Shown one piece after another: positions 7,883 through 18,900 of a stretch of DNA of 64,000 nucleotides (position 1 is its first letter; each line of letters starts with the position of its first letter). The notes under the pieces are model-generated. The model was given only the letters and a program-made list of their open reading frames with translations, searched no databases and was not told the DNA's origin. Origin of the DNA: a virus (lineage: Duplodnaviria > Caudoviricetes). The stretch lies in the IMG/VR virus record IMGVR_UViG_3300021963_000022; one strand, written 5' to 3'. A program made the position numbers and the translations under genes.

Positions 7883-8785
7883 TTATTCTTCGTAGCTAGT
7901 GCTAGAACTAGCTTGGCGTGACCAACTTGGGTTAAGACCATTAATTTCTAAAATGTCATCACGTATGTTCTGATTACGTTTTTCCGTATTCAATACCCTG
8001 CAAAAACTATTAGTTATAGCAGCCGTATAGTAAGCAAAAGGGTTTGCTGATTTTGCTTCATTGAAACGTAACCCAACATATGTTAGTTGTAGTATTGCCG
8101 AATTACGCATTTCGTCATTGTATGTATACCCACGCCAATTGAACTTCATTGCATATTTTTCGCACATCATAATATACATACGGGCAAGTTTGTTAGTGAT
8201 AGTACCGTGATCCTTATTGAATTCACCGGTAGTCAAATCTCCTCGCCAATGACTTTTCCCGATACAGTTAAATGTATTGTTACTATCTAATCTAAAATGT
8301 TGAAATGGTGGAAAGTTAACTTTGACATGAACCATATCATCTACTTCTGCTTTAGTTGTAGTATCTTCTAAGTCAGCAAAAATCTCATCCAAATCCGGTT
8401 CTTCAAACTCAAAAATATCTTTTGCTGTTTTCTTTTTAATTGTTTTGCGAGGTTGTTTTGGTGCAACAGGAACGTGATCCCACGTCATTACACGAAATAC
8501 TAAATCAGTCGTTGGGATAGATTCCGGATTAACTGAATCTTTTGCCCCCGCTTCTAAGCTAAGACGGGTAGCCCTAGTTTCTTTTGCTAGTTGAATTGAT
8601 TCTGGTTTGAATGCAAATTCTAAGCTTTCTTCAATCGTACTTTGTGGTATATCTACTATAAAGTCGTATTTGTGATCGTTTTCTGGATCTAAGAATGTGC
8701 AATATGAATTTTTGCTTGAGTGGATTTCTTTAAGAATATCTTTGTTATTAAGATAATTTACTGGTTTTTTGCTAGGTAAGCTCAT
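7883..8785 (-). CDS. gp55: T4 gp55-like late-transcription sigma factor with large N-proximal insertion
   Basis: NYLNNKDILKEI start; NWRGYTYNDEMR...RFNEAKSANPFAYYTAAITNSFCRVLNTEKRNQNIRD core; gp55-gp47-gp46 synteny. Confidence 0.85.
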   Translation of the reverse strand: MSLPSKKPVNYLNNKDILKEIHSSKNSYCTFLDPENDHKYDFIVDIPQSTIEESLEFAFKPESIQLAKETRATRLSLEAGAKDSVNPESIPTTDLVFRVMTWDHVPVAPKQPRKTIKKKTAKDIFEFEEPDLDEIFADLEDTTTKAEVDDMVHVKVNFPPFQHFRLDSNNTFNCIGKSHWRGDLTTGEFNKDHGTITNKLARMYIMMCEKYAMKFNWRGYTYNDEMRNSAILQLTYVGLRFNEAKSANPFAYYTAAITNSFCRVLNTEKRNQNIRDDILEINGLNPSWSRQASSSTSYEE

Positions 8786-8809
8786 ATGACTCCGTTGTTA
8801 TGATAAGCA

Positions 8810-8839
8810 ATTGTAACACAAATAGTTACTGGATTGCAA
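8810..8839 (-). promoter_or_regulatory. Sigma70-type promoter for gp55 (TTGCAA-18-TACAAT)
   Basis: -35 at 8839-8834, -10 at 8815-8810, GGAG RBS at 8792-8789. Confidence 0.6.
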
Positions 8840-8874
8840 CCGAGATTGGTAAAAAAGGGGAATTTTTGCTACGA

Positions 8875-8887
8875 TAAATATATTTAG
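8875..8887. promoter_or_regulatory. Abutting divergent late promoters TAAATA(+)/TAAATA(-)
   Basis: GATAAATA-TATTTAG; the + copy precedes the baseplate operon and the - copy faces gp55. Confidence 0.6.
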
Positions 8888-8900
8888 TAAAGGTATAAAT

Positions 8901-9743
8901 ATGGCAGAATACAACGTTCCAGGGGCTACTGCGAATGCCCAAACACAGGGTGTCAAGCAAAGCCAACAAGGTTATAACCAGCAACCGGATTGGCGAGTAC
9001 GTTTAAGTCTAGCCCCTGGTGCAAACTATCTGTACAATGTTGCATCAGATGGTGATATATTAGCTCCGTTGTCTGCTACAAATGGGGTAATCTTTCCATA
9101 CACACCGCAAATCAGTGTAGCATACAGAGCTAATTATGATCCTACAGATTTGACTCATAGTAACTATAGATTATTCTTTTATAAAAATAGTGCAGTTGAT
9201 GATATACAGATTACCGCAGATTTCACTGCACAAGATACAGGCGAAGCGTCATATGTCTTAGCCGTTATACACTTTTTCAAATCAGTTACTAAGATGTTTT
9301 ATGGGTTAGATGATAATCCAAATGCAGGAACTCCTCCGCCATTATGTTATATAACTGGTTTAGGTCAGTATCAATTTAATAACCATCCATTGTTAGTTAC
9401 TAGTTTTAATTATAGTTTACCAAATGATGTAGATTACATCAGAGCAGGTAGCACTGTTCAATATGCTGGACAAAATGTACAGTCGTATCAAAATAAAATC
9501 AAAAAATCTGGCTTCCTAGATTCGGTGTTAAGTAGATTACGCGGGTCAGGTTTAAATAAAGGTGGTGTATCTACAGCACCTAAGTTTACTGCATTATCTA
9601 ATAGTGAAGCTACATATATACCTACTAAAATTCAATTGAGTATTACATGTGTTCCTGTAGTATCACGGAATGATATTGCTAAAAACTTCAGTGTAGAAGA
9701 ATATGCAAAAGGAACTTTACTTGCTAAGAAAGGTATTTGGTAA
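8901..9743 (+). CDS. Baseplate-tail tube initiator (gp48/gp54-like)
   Basis: DWRVRLSL, GVIFPYTPQI, GTPPPLC motifs; first gene of the baseplate operon. Confidence 0.7.
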   Translation: MAEYNVPGATANAQTQGVKQSQQGYNQQPDWRVRLSLAPGANYLYNVASDGDILAPLSATNGVIFPYTPQISVAYRANYDPTDLTHSNYRLFFYKNSAVDDIQITADFTAQDTGEASYVLAVIHFFKSVTKMFYGLDDNPNAGTPPPLCYITGLGQYQFNNHPLLVTSFNYSLPNDVDYIRAGSTVQYAGQNVQSYQNKIKKSGFLDSVLSRLRGSGLNKGGVSTAPKFTALSNSEATYIPTKIQLSITCVPVVSRNDIAKNFSVEEYAKGTLLAKKGIW

Positions 9744-10045
9744 TGGCATCATATCCGCAAACTAGTCCATACTACTTAACTAGAACAGTTAATAACGAGT
9801 ACCTAGACATAATGGTAGATACTCCTGTACCTAAATTAGCAACAGACACTTATTGGACTATTACACAAACATACAATCTACGCCCGGACTTATTAGCATT
9901 TGACTTATACAATGATAGTAGATTGTGGTGGGTATTCTCACAGAGAAATCCAAACAAATTAAAAGATCCTCTATTTGACTTTACTGTTGGAACTAGCATT
10001 TACTTGCCCCAAATTGGCACATTAAAATCAACATTAGGAATATAA
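9743..10045 (+). CDS. gp53: Baseplate wedge subunit gp53-like (LysM-like)
   Basis: YNLRPDLLAFDLYNDSRLWWVF motif; ATG overlaps the upstream stop. Confidence 0.8.
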   Translation: MASYPQTSPYYLTRTVNNEYLDIMVDTPVPKLATDTYWTITQTYNLRPDLLAFDLYNDSRLWWVFSQRNPNKLKDPLFDFTVGTSIYLPQIGTLKSTLGI

Positions 10046-10046
10046 G

Positions 10047-12452
10047 ATGGCAGATGATACAGAAGGATCAGCAGGTAGTACAATAAGCGGTAAAGCTGGT
10101 TCAGGAGAGAACACAGGATCGGCAGCAGTCGGCGCTAGTGATGGTAGAATGGATAACCCACTTAGCAAATTTTCTAATTATACATATAGAATCACTATGT
10201 ATATCATGGATGCTAAAAGCTATTCAAGTTATGTAATGGGTGATGAAAGTGCTAGTAGTAAGTTTAAAATTATAGCACAAAGCGGTGGCGTAAACGAAAA
10301 TATACAAAACCGTGTAACCGGGATCCCGCTCGATTTGTACATTGACAATTTAACAATACAAACATTAACTGCAACACAATCTACATCCATCCCCAGCAAC
10401 AGTTATAAGTTTAATTTTCAAATATTTGAACCATATGGATTTAGCTTCCCTACGCAATTAGTAAAAGCTGCATTAGAGTTTCAAGCAAATAATCCTAACA
10501 GCAAAGATGTTATTACAGCGTTACGACAGCATTATATGTTAGAGATTAAGTTCTATGGGTATGACGGTGACGGTAAGCTAATAACTGATGTTGAAGGTGT
10601 ATATAAACGTACATTCCCGGTCATGCTTACTAAGTTTAATTTCAAGTTAGATAATAAAGTAGTGACATATAATATTGAAGCTACACTAACTAATGAACAG
10701 ATTGGTAAGAGTATGATACATAGTACAATACCGCAAACTCTTACAATTAAAGCAGACACTGTTATCAATGCTATTCAAGGTGCAGAAAATGATAGTGGGC
10801 AACCGGGCAAAATTCAAGGGTTGATGCAACAATTGAATAAAATACAACAGGATCTGAAAGACAGCGATAAGATAGAGTTGATGGATGTATATGAAGTTGA
10901 ATTTGCACAGGAAGAAATTGGTGAAAGTGAGTTAGTAGGTGAATGGTATTTAAAAGAGAATTCACCCATGACACCAGTAAAAGATTCTACTGGTAGTAAC
11001 GTTAGCGCGGCAGCCACGCAAAATTCTAAAAAGATAGATAAAAATATCAGAACTATAACTTTTAACTCCGGTACATCTATTATAGCGGCAATAGATCAGA
11101 TTATATCACAAAGTAAGTATATTGAAGATGCTGTAACTGAACATCCACGTGAAGAGGTTATAGCACCAAATGGTGGCAATGTAAAGGTAGATAAAAAAGA
11201 ACCTAAGAAATTGAAATGGTATAATATTACTCCTCATATAAAACCGGGTGAGTGGGATAATAAACGAAATGATTATCAATATACTATAAAATATGTCATA
11301 CAAGAATATGAAATACCGTATGTAAGGTCTTTGTATATTAAAGAACTATCACCTTATCCCGGACCACATAAGCGTTACAAGTATTGGTTAACTGGTCAAA
11401 ACACAGAAATTATTAGTTATGATCAGGATTATAATATGTTGTATTTTACCGCAGCCGCTCTATCATCTGATGTAGCTACACCCAATAACAGTGTAAATAA
11501 TACTGCACCAATTGTTAATCAACCTGGACAAAACGCAAACCCAACATCTAAGTTACCGGGATGGTTTGAGATTATCAATAGTGTCAAAACATTCTTGTAT
11601 AGCCCGGGTGACCAATTGAAAGCTAGAATAAAGATATTAGGTGATCCTGATTATCTTATGACTGCAACTGGTGGAGCAGTAGATATAATAACTAAAAAGC
11701 GTTACGGGAATGATTATAGTATCAACCCTAATAGTGGACAAGTATTCATTGAAGTAGATTTCAAAGAAGGTGTTGATTACAACACATCAGATGGTCTATT
11801 AGAAATAAATGATGACATAAAATTTTGGGACTATCCTGATAGTATGAGTGAAGTTGAAGGTATGGCTTACCAAGTTATTCAAGTTACTAGTAATTTTAAT
11901 AAAGGTTTGTTCACACAAGAGTTAAAAACCATAGTACCTCCCTTTAAAGGACCACAAACAGGTGGTGGGGGAGAAAGAGAAGGTGCAGAAAGTCAATCGG
12001 CATCAGTAGAAAATACTGAAGGTCCAAACATTCCTGAATCAAGAGTACCAACAGAAAACGTAGGCAAACTTGCAGATGAGACAGATAGTGAAAAATTTAC
12101 ACCCAAAGTTGCGGATGCAGGAAACCTAGATACCTCGTCTAGCAAATCGTCAGGAACAGCACCTCCAGCTAAAAAATCATTAACTAATCCTGTGTCTGCT
12201 AGTGTACAAGCACCTACACCACAAGGACGACAAGTACAAGATGATGATGGTAGTTATGATAGAAATGAAGAACAAAGATTAAAGGCTAGAGCCAATGCAA
12301 CACAGTCGGTTGAAGAATCTGAAAGAAGAACTGCTGTTGCCGCAACCTATCAAAAGGTTCCTAAAGGTTCAAAAATAAAACAGGAAAGTAATGAAGGATT
12401 TATACCAACAAGTTTTAGAATTTTTGATCCATCAACGTACAAAAAGAAATAA
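10047..12452 (+). CDS. Baseplate hub protein (gp27-like) with acidic low-complexity C-terminal tail
   Basis: NPLSKFSNYTY start, KILGDPDYL motif, position between gp53-like and gp5-like genes. Confidence 0.65.
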   Translation: MADDTEGSAGSTISGKAGSGENTGSAAVGASDGRMDNPLSKFSNYTYRITMYIMDAKSYSSYVMGDESASSKFKIIAQSGGVNENIQNRVTGIPLDLYIDNLTIQTLTATQSTSIPSNSYKFNFQIFEPYGFSFPTQLVKAALEFQANNPNSKDVITALRQHYMLEIKFYGYDGDGKLITDVEGVYKRTFPVMLTKFNFKLDNKVVTYNIEATLTNEQIGKSMIHSTIPQTLTIKADTVINAIQGAENDSGQPGKIQGLMQQLNKIQQDLKDSDKIELMDVYEVEFAQEEIGESELVGEWYLKENSPMTPVKDSTGSNVSAAATQNSKKIDKNIRTITFNSGTSIIAAIDQIISQSKYIEDAVTEHPREEVIAPNGGNVKVDKKEPKKLKWYNITPHIKPGEWDNKRNDYQYTIKYVIQEYEIPYVRSLYIKELSPYPGPHKRYKYWLTGQNTEIISYDQDYNMLYFTAAALSSDVATPNNSVNNTAPIVNQPGQNANPTSKLPGWFEIINSVKTFLYSPGDQLKARIKILGDPDYLMTATGGAVDIITKKRYGNDYSINPNSGQVFIEVDFKEGVDYNTSDGLLEINDDIKFWDYPDSMSEVEGMAYQVIQVTSNFNKGLFTQELKTIVPPFKGPQTGGGGEREGAESQSASVENTEGPNIPESRVPTENVGKLADETDSEKFTPKVADAGNLDTSSSKSSGTAPPAKKSLTNPVSASVQAPTPQGRQVQDDDGSYDRNEEQRLKARANATQSVEESERRTAVAATYQKVPKGSKIKQESNEGFIPTSFRIFDPSTYKKK

Positions 12453-12460
12453 GGTAAACT

Positions 12461-12499
12461 ATGTCAGATAATTTAATTAAACATAGAGGCGGTAGATAA
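12461..12499 (+). other. 12-codon mini-ORF resembling the N-terminus of the next gene
   Basis: MSDNLIKHRGGR* with AAGG RBS versus MTDNIFKLRG at 12502. Confidence 0.45.
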
Positions 12500-12501
12500 A
12501 C

Positions 12502-15420
12502 ATGACTGATAATATATTTAAACTTCGAGGGACTACACAAAGCTACACAGACGAACGCGGTGGTGCCGTATTATTATCAAGACCGGTTATAGGTATTGTT
12601 AAAAATAATATTGATCCAACACATACCGGTAAAATTGAAGTATACATTGCTAGGTTAAACGGGTATAACCAAGAGAATCCAGTTGGATGGGTTCCCGTAA
12701 GATACTTGAGTCCCTTTGGTGGTAGTACACAAAACACATCCAGCCCTGATGATGAAGGTAAATATAAAACAAATTCACATTCTTATGGGTTTTGGGCCAC
12801 ACCGCCCGACATCAACACGCAAGTACTATGTATATTTGCAAATGGTGATATCAACTTTGGCTATTACATAGGTGCTATACCAGGATCAGGCCTAACACAT
12901 ATGTTACCGGCAATTGGTTCAAGCGAAAAGATTGTAGCAAATAGCAAAGAATCAGAATCATATGGTGGTGCAACACGTTTGCCTGTTACTGAAATTAATG
13001 ATGTAAATTCTAAAAAAGATAACAATGAAATGTTTGTAGACCAGTCTAGGACTATTCATAGTTATCAAGCAGCCATGCTAAACATACAAGGATTGATTAG
13101 AGATCCAGAACGAGGAACTATTAATAGCACTGCGGCAAGAGAAACACCTAGTGGCGTAATTGGACTATCATCACCCGGAAGACCTTATTATAAAGGTGGC
13201 TATACTGATGAGAATATTGAAGATGCTGTTAAGAATGAGGGTACACCTGCAGAGAATTTTAAAATTGTAGGACGGAAAGGTGGTCATAGTCTCGTACTAG
13301 ATGACGGAGACTTAACCGGTAAAGAACAACTAATTAGATTACGCTCTGGTACCGGACATCAAATACTAATGCACGACAAAGCTGAGACTATCTTTTTAAT
13401 TCATGCTAATGGTAAGAGTTGGATTGAGATGGGCAAAGAAGGTACTATTGATATCTACAATACAAATAGCACTAATATAAGAACACACGGTGATATTAAT
13501 CTTCACGCTGAACGAGATATTAATATGTTTGCTAAAAGAAATTTCAACTTAAAAGCAGAACAGATTAACTTAGAAAGTACAAAAAATACATTACTAAGAG
13601 CGGGTAAAGACTATAATCAATATGTTGTAGGTAAGTATACAGTAAAAGTTGACGGTGCAATGAGTTTGAAAAGCAAAGGTGAAGCTAGTGTTGCAAGTGA
13701 TGCTATCGCATATGTCAATGGTAAAAAAATTAATTTGAATACAGGATCAGCGGCACTAGTTCCTGACAAAGTTGAAGCAATCGCTGTTAAAAAACATGAC
13801 GACACGTTGTACGATAAGAAAAAAGGATTTACCCCTGCACCAAATAAATTAGAAAGTATCAACTCACGTGTACCCGCACATAGTCCATGGACTGGCGCAA
13901 ACAAGGGTGTAGATGTGAAAGTAGATTTTAGTTCTGATAAAAACTTACCAGAAGACCCAAGCCCGTCAACAGCAGCCGCAAATAATGCAGCTCCTGATAG
14001 TCCACAGAGTCCTACTAACCCAGCTCTTGCAAGCACAGTACCTGCAGGTTCTGTTGGCGGAGAAGATCCAAATACTACTAGTGCATTGGTCAGTCAAACA
14101 GCAGTAAATGCCGCTAATACACCTGATCCGGGTGCCAATGCTATGGGAAGTTTTAATCAGACACCTGATAATTTAGAAAAAGCAGGTATACTTAAACCAG
14201 GTGCAAGTGTAGTAGCAAACAAATTAATAGATCAAGGCAAGTCTTTTTCAGAAGCTATGCCAGCAACATTATGGACAGGAAACGGGGCAACCGACTTCTC
14301 GTCTTATTTAAACAACACTTCATTGCAGTCAAGTATTCAATCATCGTTGTTAGGTGACGCATCAGCATCATTGATTGGTGCAGGAATAATTAGTGGTGCA
14401 GAAAGTTTAACACAAACCGCTGGCTTGATTATGGCTGCTGCCGCATTAGGTGTGACAGCAGTATCAGGATTTGTTAACACTAGTTCGGGTAAAGGGACAG
14501 CAACTCCTGCTGATACTAATAGTACTATTGGACCAATTAACGATTTAGTTGCCAGTGGTAATTACGCTGCCAGAATGGCAGATCAAACTACTAGTGGTAT
14601 TAATCCCACGTTATCAACTAATGGTTCAGCAAAAGGTGCAGTAGCTGGTACATTTGGTACAGTCACTGATGCATATAAACCTTTTAAAGCAGGTGTTCCT
14701 ATTAATTTAGGTAAACAAAACACATTACCGAAATCACCTACTGCCGATCAAGTAACGTTAGCAGGTATACCGGGTGGACTCTCTGCTACTAGTAACTTAG
14801 TAGACATTTCTGTATTACTAGCAAGTATAACTAAATCTAAAGAATTGCAAGCTTTGGCCGACAACGCGGCAGGATTACCCACTACAATAAATACTGATCT
14901 CATTCGTATACGATTAGCAGCCGGACAGACTAATTTAGAAAAATTAGCATTGAATGGATTAACGCATGAACAAATCGTTAGATTGTATAGCGCAGTAAGT
15001 GCATTAACAAATGGATCTTCTATTACCATTCAATTACCAACAGTTGGAGTTAATACAACTAGTGCTAGTGATTTGGCTCTTAAGATACAGACTGAACAGT
15101 TGATTGATCCTGACGCAAAACCTTCTGCTCAACAATTAGTAGATTCTAATAACACAAATAATATAGTAACTATTAACACAACAAATGAACCAGCATTGTC
15201 AAGAGCTATCATTGAAGCTACGATATTGACTCTTTCAACTGAAGAAACTAAGTATCAAACAAGAAAAACTAGACTTAAAGACGAGTATGATTACGCTAAA
15301 ACTACGTACGGCCCTGATGCAACAGAAACAGTAACTGCATACGATAATTACAAAACAATTATCAAACAGATAACTGCGGTTCAGACTCAGGTCTTGGATT
15401 TGATGAAAAAACTAAACTAA
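12502..15420 (+). CDS. gp5: Baseplate central spike (gp5/VgrG-like) with long C-terminal extension
   Basis: OB-fold IGIVKNNIDPTHTGKIEVYI and SYGFWATPPD; GHSLVLDDGD and beta-helix repeats; RVPAHSPW; about 500 aa extra C-terminal region. Confidence 0.8.
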   Translation: MTDNIFKLRGTTQSYTDERGGAVLLSRPVIGIVKNNIDPTHTGKIEVYIARLNGYNQENPVGWVPVRYLSPFGGSTQNTSSPDDEGKYKTNSHSYGFWATPPDINTQVLCIFANGDINFGYYIGAIPGSGLTHMLPAIGSSEKIVANSKESESYGGATRLPVTEINDVNSKKDNNEMFVDQSRTIHSYQAAMLNIQGLIRDPERGTINSTAARETPSGVIGLSSPGRPYYKGGYTDENIEDAVKNEGTPAENFKIVGRKGGHSLVLDDGDLTGKEQLIRLRSGTGHQILMHDKAETIFLIHANGKSWIEMGKEGTIDIYNTNSTNIRTHGDINLHAERDINMFAKRNFNLKAEQINLESTKNTLLRAGKDYNQYVVGKYTVKVDGAMSLKSKGEASVASDAIAYVNGKKINLNTGSAALVPDKVEAIAVKKHDDTLYDKKKGFTPAPNKLESINSRVPAHSPWTGANKGVDVKVDFSSDKNLPEDPSPSTAAANNAAPDSPQSPTNPALASTVPAGSVGGEDPNTTSALVSQTAVNAANTPDPGANAMGSFNQTPDNLEKAGILKPGASVVANKLIDQGKSFSEAMPATLWTGNGATDFSSYLNNTSLQSSIQSSLLGDASASLIGAGIISGAESLTQTAGLIMAAAALGVTAVSGFVNTSSGKGTATPADTNSTIGPINDLVASGNYAARMADQTTSGINPTLSTNGSAKGAVAGTFGTVTDAYKPFKAGVPINLGKQNTLPKSPTADQVTLAGIPGGLSATSNLVDISVLLASITKSKELQALADNAAGLPTTINTDLIRIRLAAGQTNLEKLALNGLTHEQIVRLYSAVSALTNGSSITIQLPTVGVNTTSASDLALKIQTEQLIDPDAKPSAQQLVDSNNTNNIVTINTTNEPALSRAIIEATILTLSTEETKYQTRKTRLKDEYDYAKTTYGPDATETVTAYDNYKTIIKQITAVQTQVLDLMKKLN

Positions 15421-15439
15421 ATACTATATAGGATAAAAT

Positions 15440-15889
15440 ATGGCAGTATATATAGGATTCAGCACACAACGTTTCAATTTACCTAGAAACGAGAGTATTA
15501 CTGTTGGTGTCGATGGTGGTTCGGGCAGTTTGACACAACCTATTCAAATTGGTAAGAAGTTTAGATTAATAGATGAGCAACTTATCCTACAAGATTTTAT
15601 AAATGCTTTAAATATCCCACAAGGTACAAAGCCGGGTAAGCCTAGTTACGGTACAACTATCTGGACATTTGTATTTGAACCCAACACTCCTGACATGCAG
15701 TTCCAGTTAGAAAATGAGATACGTAGGGTAGCAACACAAGACCCTAGATTGATTCTTAATTCAGTAATATCGTACCCGCAAGAAAACGGCATATTGATTG
15801 AAGTTGAAGTAGCCGTAAGCCCCTTTAATAACGCCGGACAGCTACAGATTTTCTTTGACCAGCAATCTAACTCGGCGTCATTAGTCTAA
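15440..15889 (+). CDS. gp25: Baseplate wedge subunit gp25-like
   Basis: QDFINALNIPQG...PSYGTTIWTFVFEP...EIRRVATQDPRL. Confidence 0.85.
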   Translation: MAVYIGFSTQRFNLPRNESITVGVDGGSGSLTQPIQIGKKFRLIDEQLILQDFINALNIPQGTKPGKPSYGTTIWTFVFEPNTPDMQFQLENEIRRVATQDPRLILNSVISYPQENGILIEVEVAVSPFNNAGQLQIFFDQQSNSASLV

Positions 15890-15936
15890 AAATACGGTTT
15901 TTTCTTTGTGATAAATACATAAAAGAGAAACAGTAT

Positions 15937-18900
15937 ATGGCAACAAGCTCAAGACAATCTTCGATATTTGGTACCAATGATTGGAAAACCATTTATAAAA
16001 CATTCCGTCAGGCTGATTTTCAAAGCTATGACTACGAAACCATACGTAAAAGTTTTGTAGACTATCTACGATTATACTACCCTGAAACGTTCAACGATTA
16101 CGTAGAATCAAGCGAATATATTGCATTGATGGACGTAATGGCTTTTATGGGCCAAGCACTTGCTTTCCGTAATGACTTAAATACCCGTGAAAATTTTATT
16201 GATACCGCAGAACGTAGGGATTCAGTTGTCAAACTAGCAAATTTAATTGGCTACAATCCAAAACGTAATCTAAATGGTCAAGGTTATTTAAAAGTAACTA
16301 GTATTTCTACTACAGAAAATATTAATGACATTAATGGGCTAAGCCTAAATAACATTAATGTTCTATGGAATGATCCTAGTAATGTAAACTGGCAAGAACA
16401 ATATAACACTATCATTAATGCTAGTTTAGTAAACAGTCAACGTATTGGACGTCCGGGTAATACTCAGACGTTGTTGGGTGTTAAGACTGACGAATACTCA
16501 ATAAGTATCCCACCTGGCAAATCTCCGGTCGTACCATTTAGCGCAACAGTCGATGGGTCAACTATGGACTTTGAGGGAGTGAGTGTATCTAGTATAGACC
16601 AAGATTATCTATATGAAATTCCACCTGGCCCTACTGGCATCTTCAATATCTTATATCGTAATGATAAATTGGGTTACGGTAGTCCAAATACAGGGTTTTT
16701 CATGTACTTCAAACAAGGTACATTACAACCTTTTGATTTTACATTGGATCAACAGATTTCTAATCAAACAGTTGACATTGATATACAAGGTATTAACAAT
16801 ACTGATACATGGTTATATCAATATGATTCTGCTTCTAACACCTATTCACAATGGGATGAAGTAGAAAGTGTATATGCAAATGCCAATCTTCAAACTAATA
16901 CCAGTTTGCGTAAGATTTTTTCTGTAGTTTCTAGATTTAATGACCAAGTATCTTATGCATTTGGTGACGGAGTATTTAGTGAAATCCCAGTTGGAAACTT
17001 TAGAGCATACATTCGTGCAGGTAATGCAAGTCAATATACAATTGACCCTGCTGAAATGCAAGGCATAATAGTAAACATTAATTATGTAAGTAGAGTTGGT
17101 CGTGTGGAGACATTGACGCTTAACTTAGAGTTACCTTTACCAGTTACAAATGCTCAAGTACGTGAATCATTAACTGAAATCAAAGAACGTGCACCTACAA
17201 GATACTATACACAGAATCGTATGGTCAATGGTGAAGATTATAACAACTTCCCATATACTTTGTTTAGCTCAATCATTAAGAGTAAGGCTCTAAATAGAGG
17301 TAGCGTAGGTGTAAGTCGTAGTTTTGATTTATTAGATCCTACAGGTAAATATTCTAGTTTAAATAGTTTTGCTGATGACGGCGGTCTATATGAAAACACT
17401 TCACAAGATGCAGTAGCATTCACCTTTAATAATGACAATGATATCTACACATTTTTAACAGAAAATATTAGAGCAGATATTGCAGGTCACCGATCACAAC
17501 AATACTACTGTCAGCATTACACAAGATATCCTGTCAATACAACTAGTGGTGATGGTACTATTAAGTGGAAGCAAGTTGGATATAACAACACCAATGTTAC
17601 TGGATATTTTTATAATACATTAGCAGTACCGGTAGGACAATATAGTAGTGGTAACTTACGTTATGTTACTCCTGGTGCACTTTTAAAATTTCAAGCACCA
17701 GCTGGATACTACTTTGACGCTAACAATCGTTTAGTATATGGTATACCTAGTATATCTGATTCAACTACGTTTTGGACTAGTGTTTCAGCAGTAGTAGGTG
17801 ACGGTTATAACGGAGGGGAAGGTTTATTAATTAACGGAGCCGGACCTGTAACATTAACTGGCAATGTACCAACAACCGCATTGATAGTAGAAATCATACC
17901 AGTATTTGATAATGTACTTTCTAGAACAGTTATAAATGAATGTATTAACAGAATGAATTTAAATCAAAGTTTTGGTTTAAAATACAATAACTCGTTGACT
18001 TCAATACAAGAACGTTGGAGTGTTATTACGTATGATGATCCAAGATGGTTCATTAAGTTTACTAGTGATGGTAGTAACAGATATATTGTTTCTACTAGAT
18101 CATTATCATATTTCTTTGGTAGTGTTCGAGATACTCGTTTTGTATTTGACTCTAATAAAGTAGTATACGATCCATATAGTGGTAAATTGTTCCGTGATAA
18201 TATTGTTATATTACGCACAAACAACCAACCTGATAGCACAAGTGCATTAGCAAGAGAACTAACATTAGATGTAGTTGGGCAAAATGTAGAAGCAGACGGT
18301 TATGTAGATGACTTTGCTATTGAAGTATCAAGTGCAGACAGTAATAATAGTAGCATCATTCGTGATCCTGACTTCTTTAAAACTATTACAGGCTATACAA
18401 CTGGTACAACTAACACACGCTACTATACATTCTTTGAGCAGACCTTAGATACATTATTATTATCTAGGTCACAAATGATTTCTAGTGTAGATGTAGTTTA
18501 CAGCTATCCAACAGTAGCAGCCATTGAGATTGTAAAATATGAATATCCTGTAGGACAATTATTCTATGCATATTCAGAAGGTACTTTCTATAAAAATACA
18601 GAAGATCCAATTGTAGAAAACATATTGTATTTGGTACAACAATTAGCGTATAGTGTTTCTACTGGTAGACAAGGATTATTTTTCCAATATAAGCATATTT
18701 CTAACAACACAACACGTGTTGATCCTGCTACAAGTAACATCATTGACTTATATGTTGTTACGCAAAGTTATTATACACAATATCAAAATTGGTTACGTGA
18801 TACAACCAACACAGTACCAATGCCAGATATTCCCACGATGAGTGAGTTGCAACAACTATACGGTAAGCTTGATGGATACAAAATGATAAGCGATAGTATG

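Noticed and set aside
4737-8785. Inteins explaining the extra length of gp46 or gp55
   Set aside because: No C/S start with HN end or LAGLIDADG motifs in the inserted segments.
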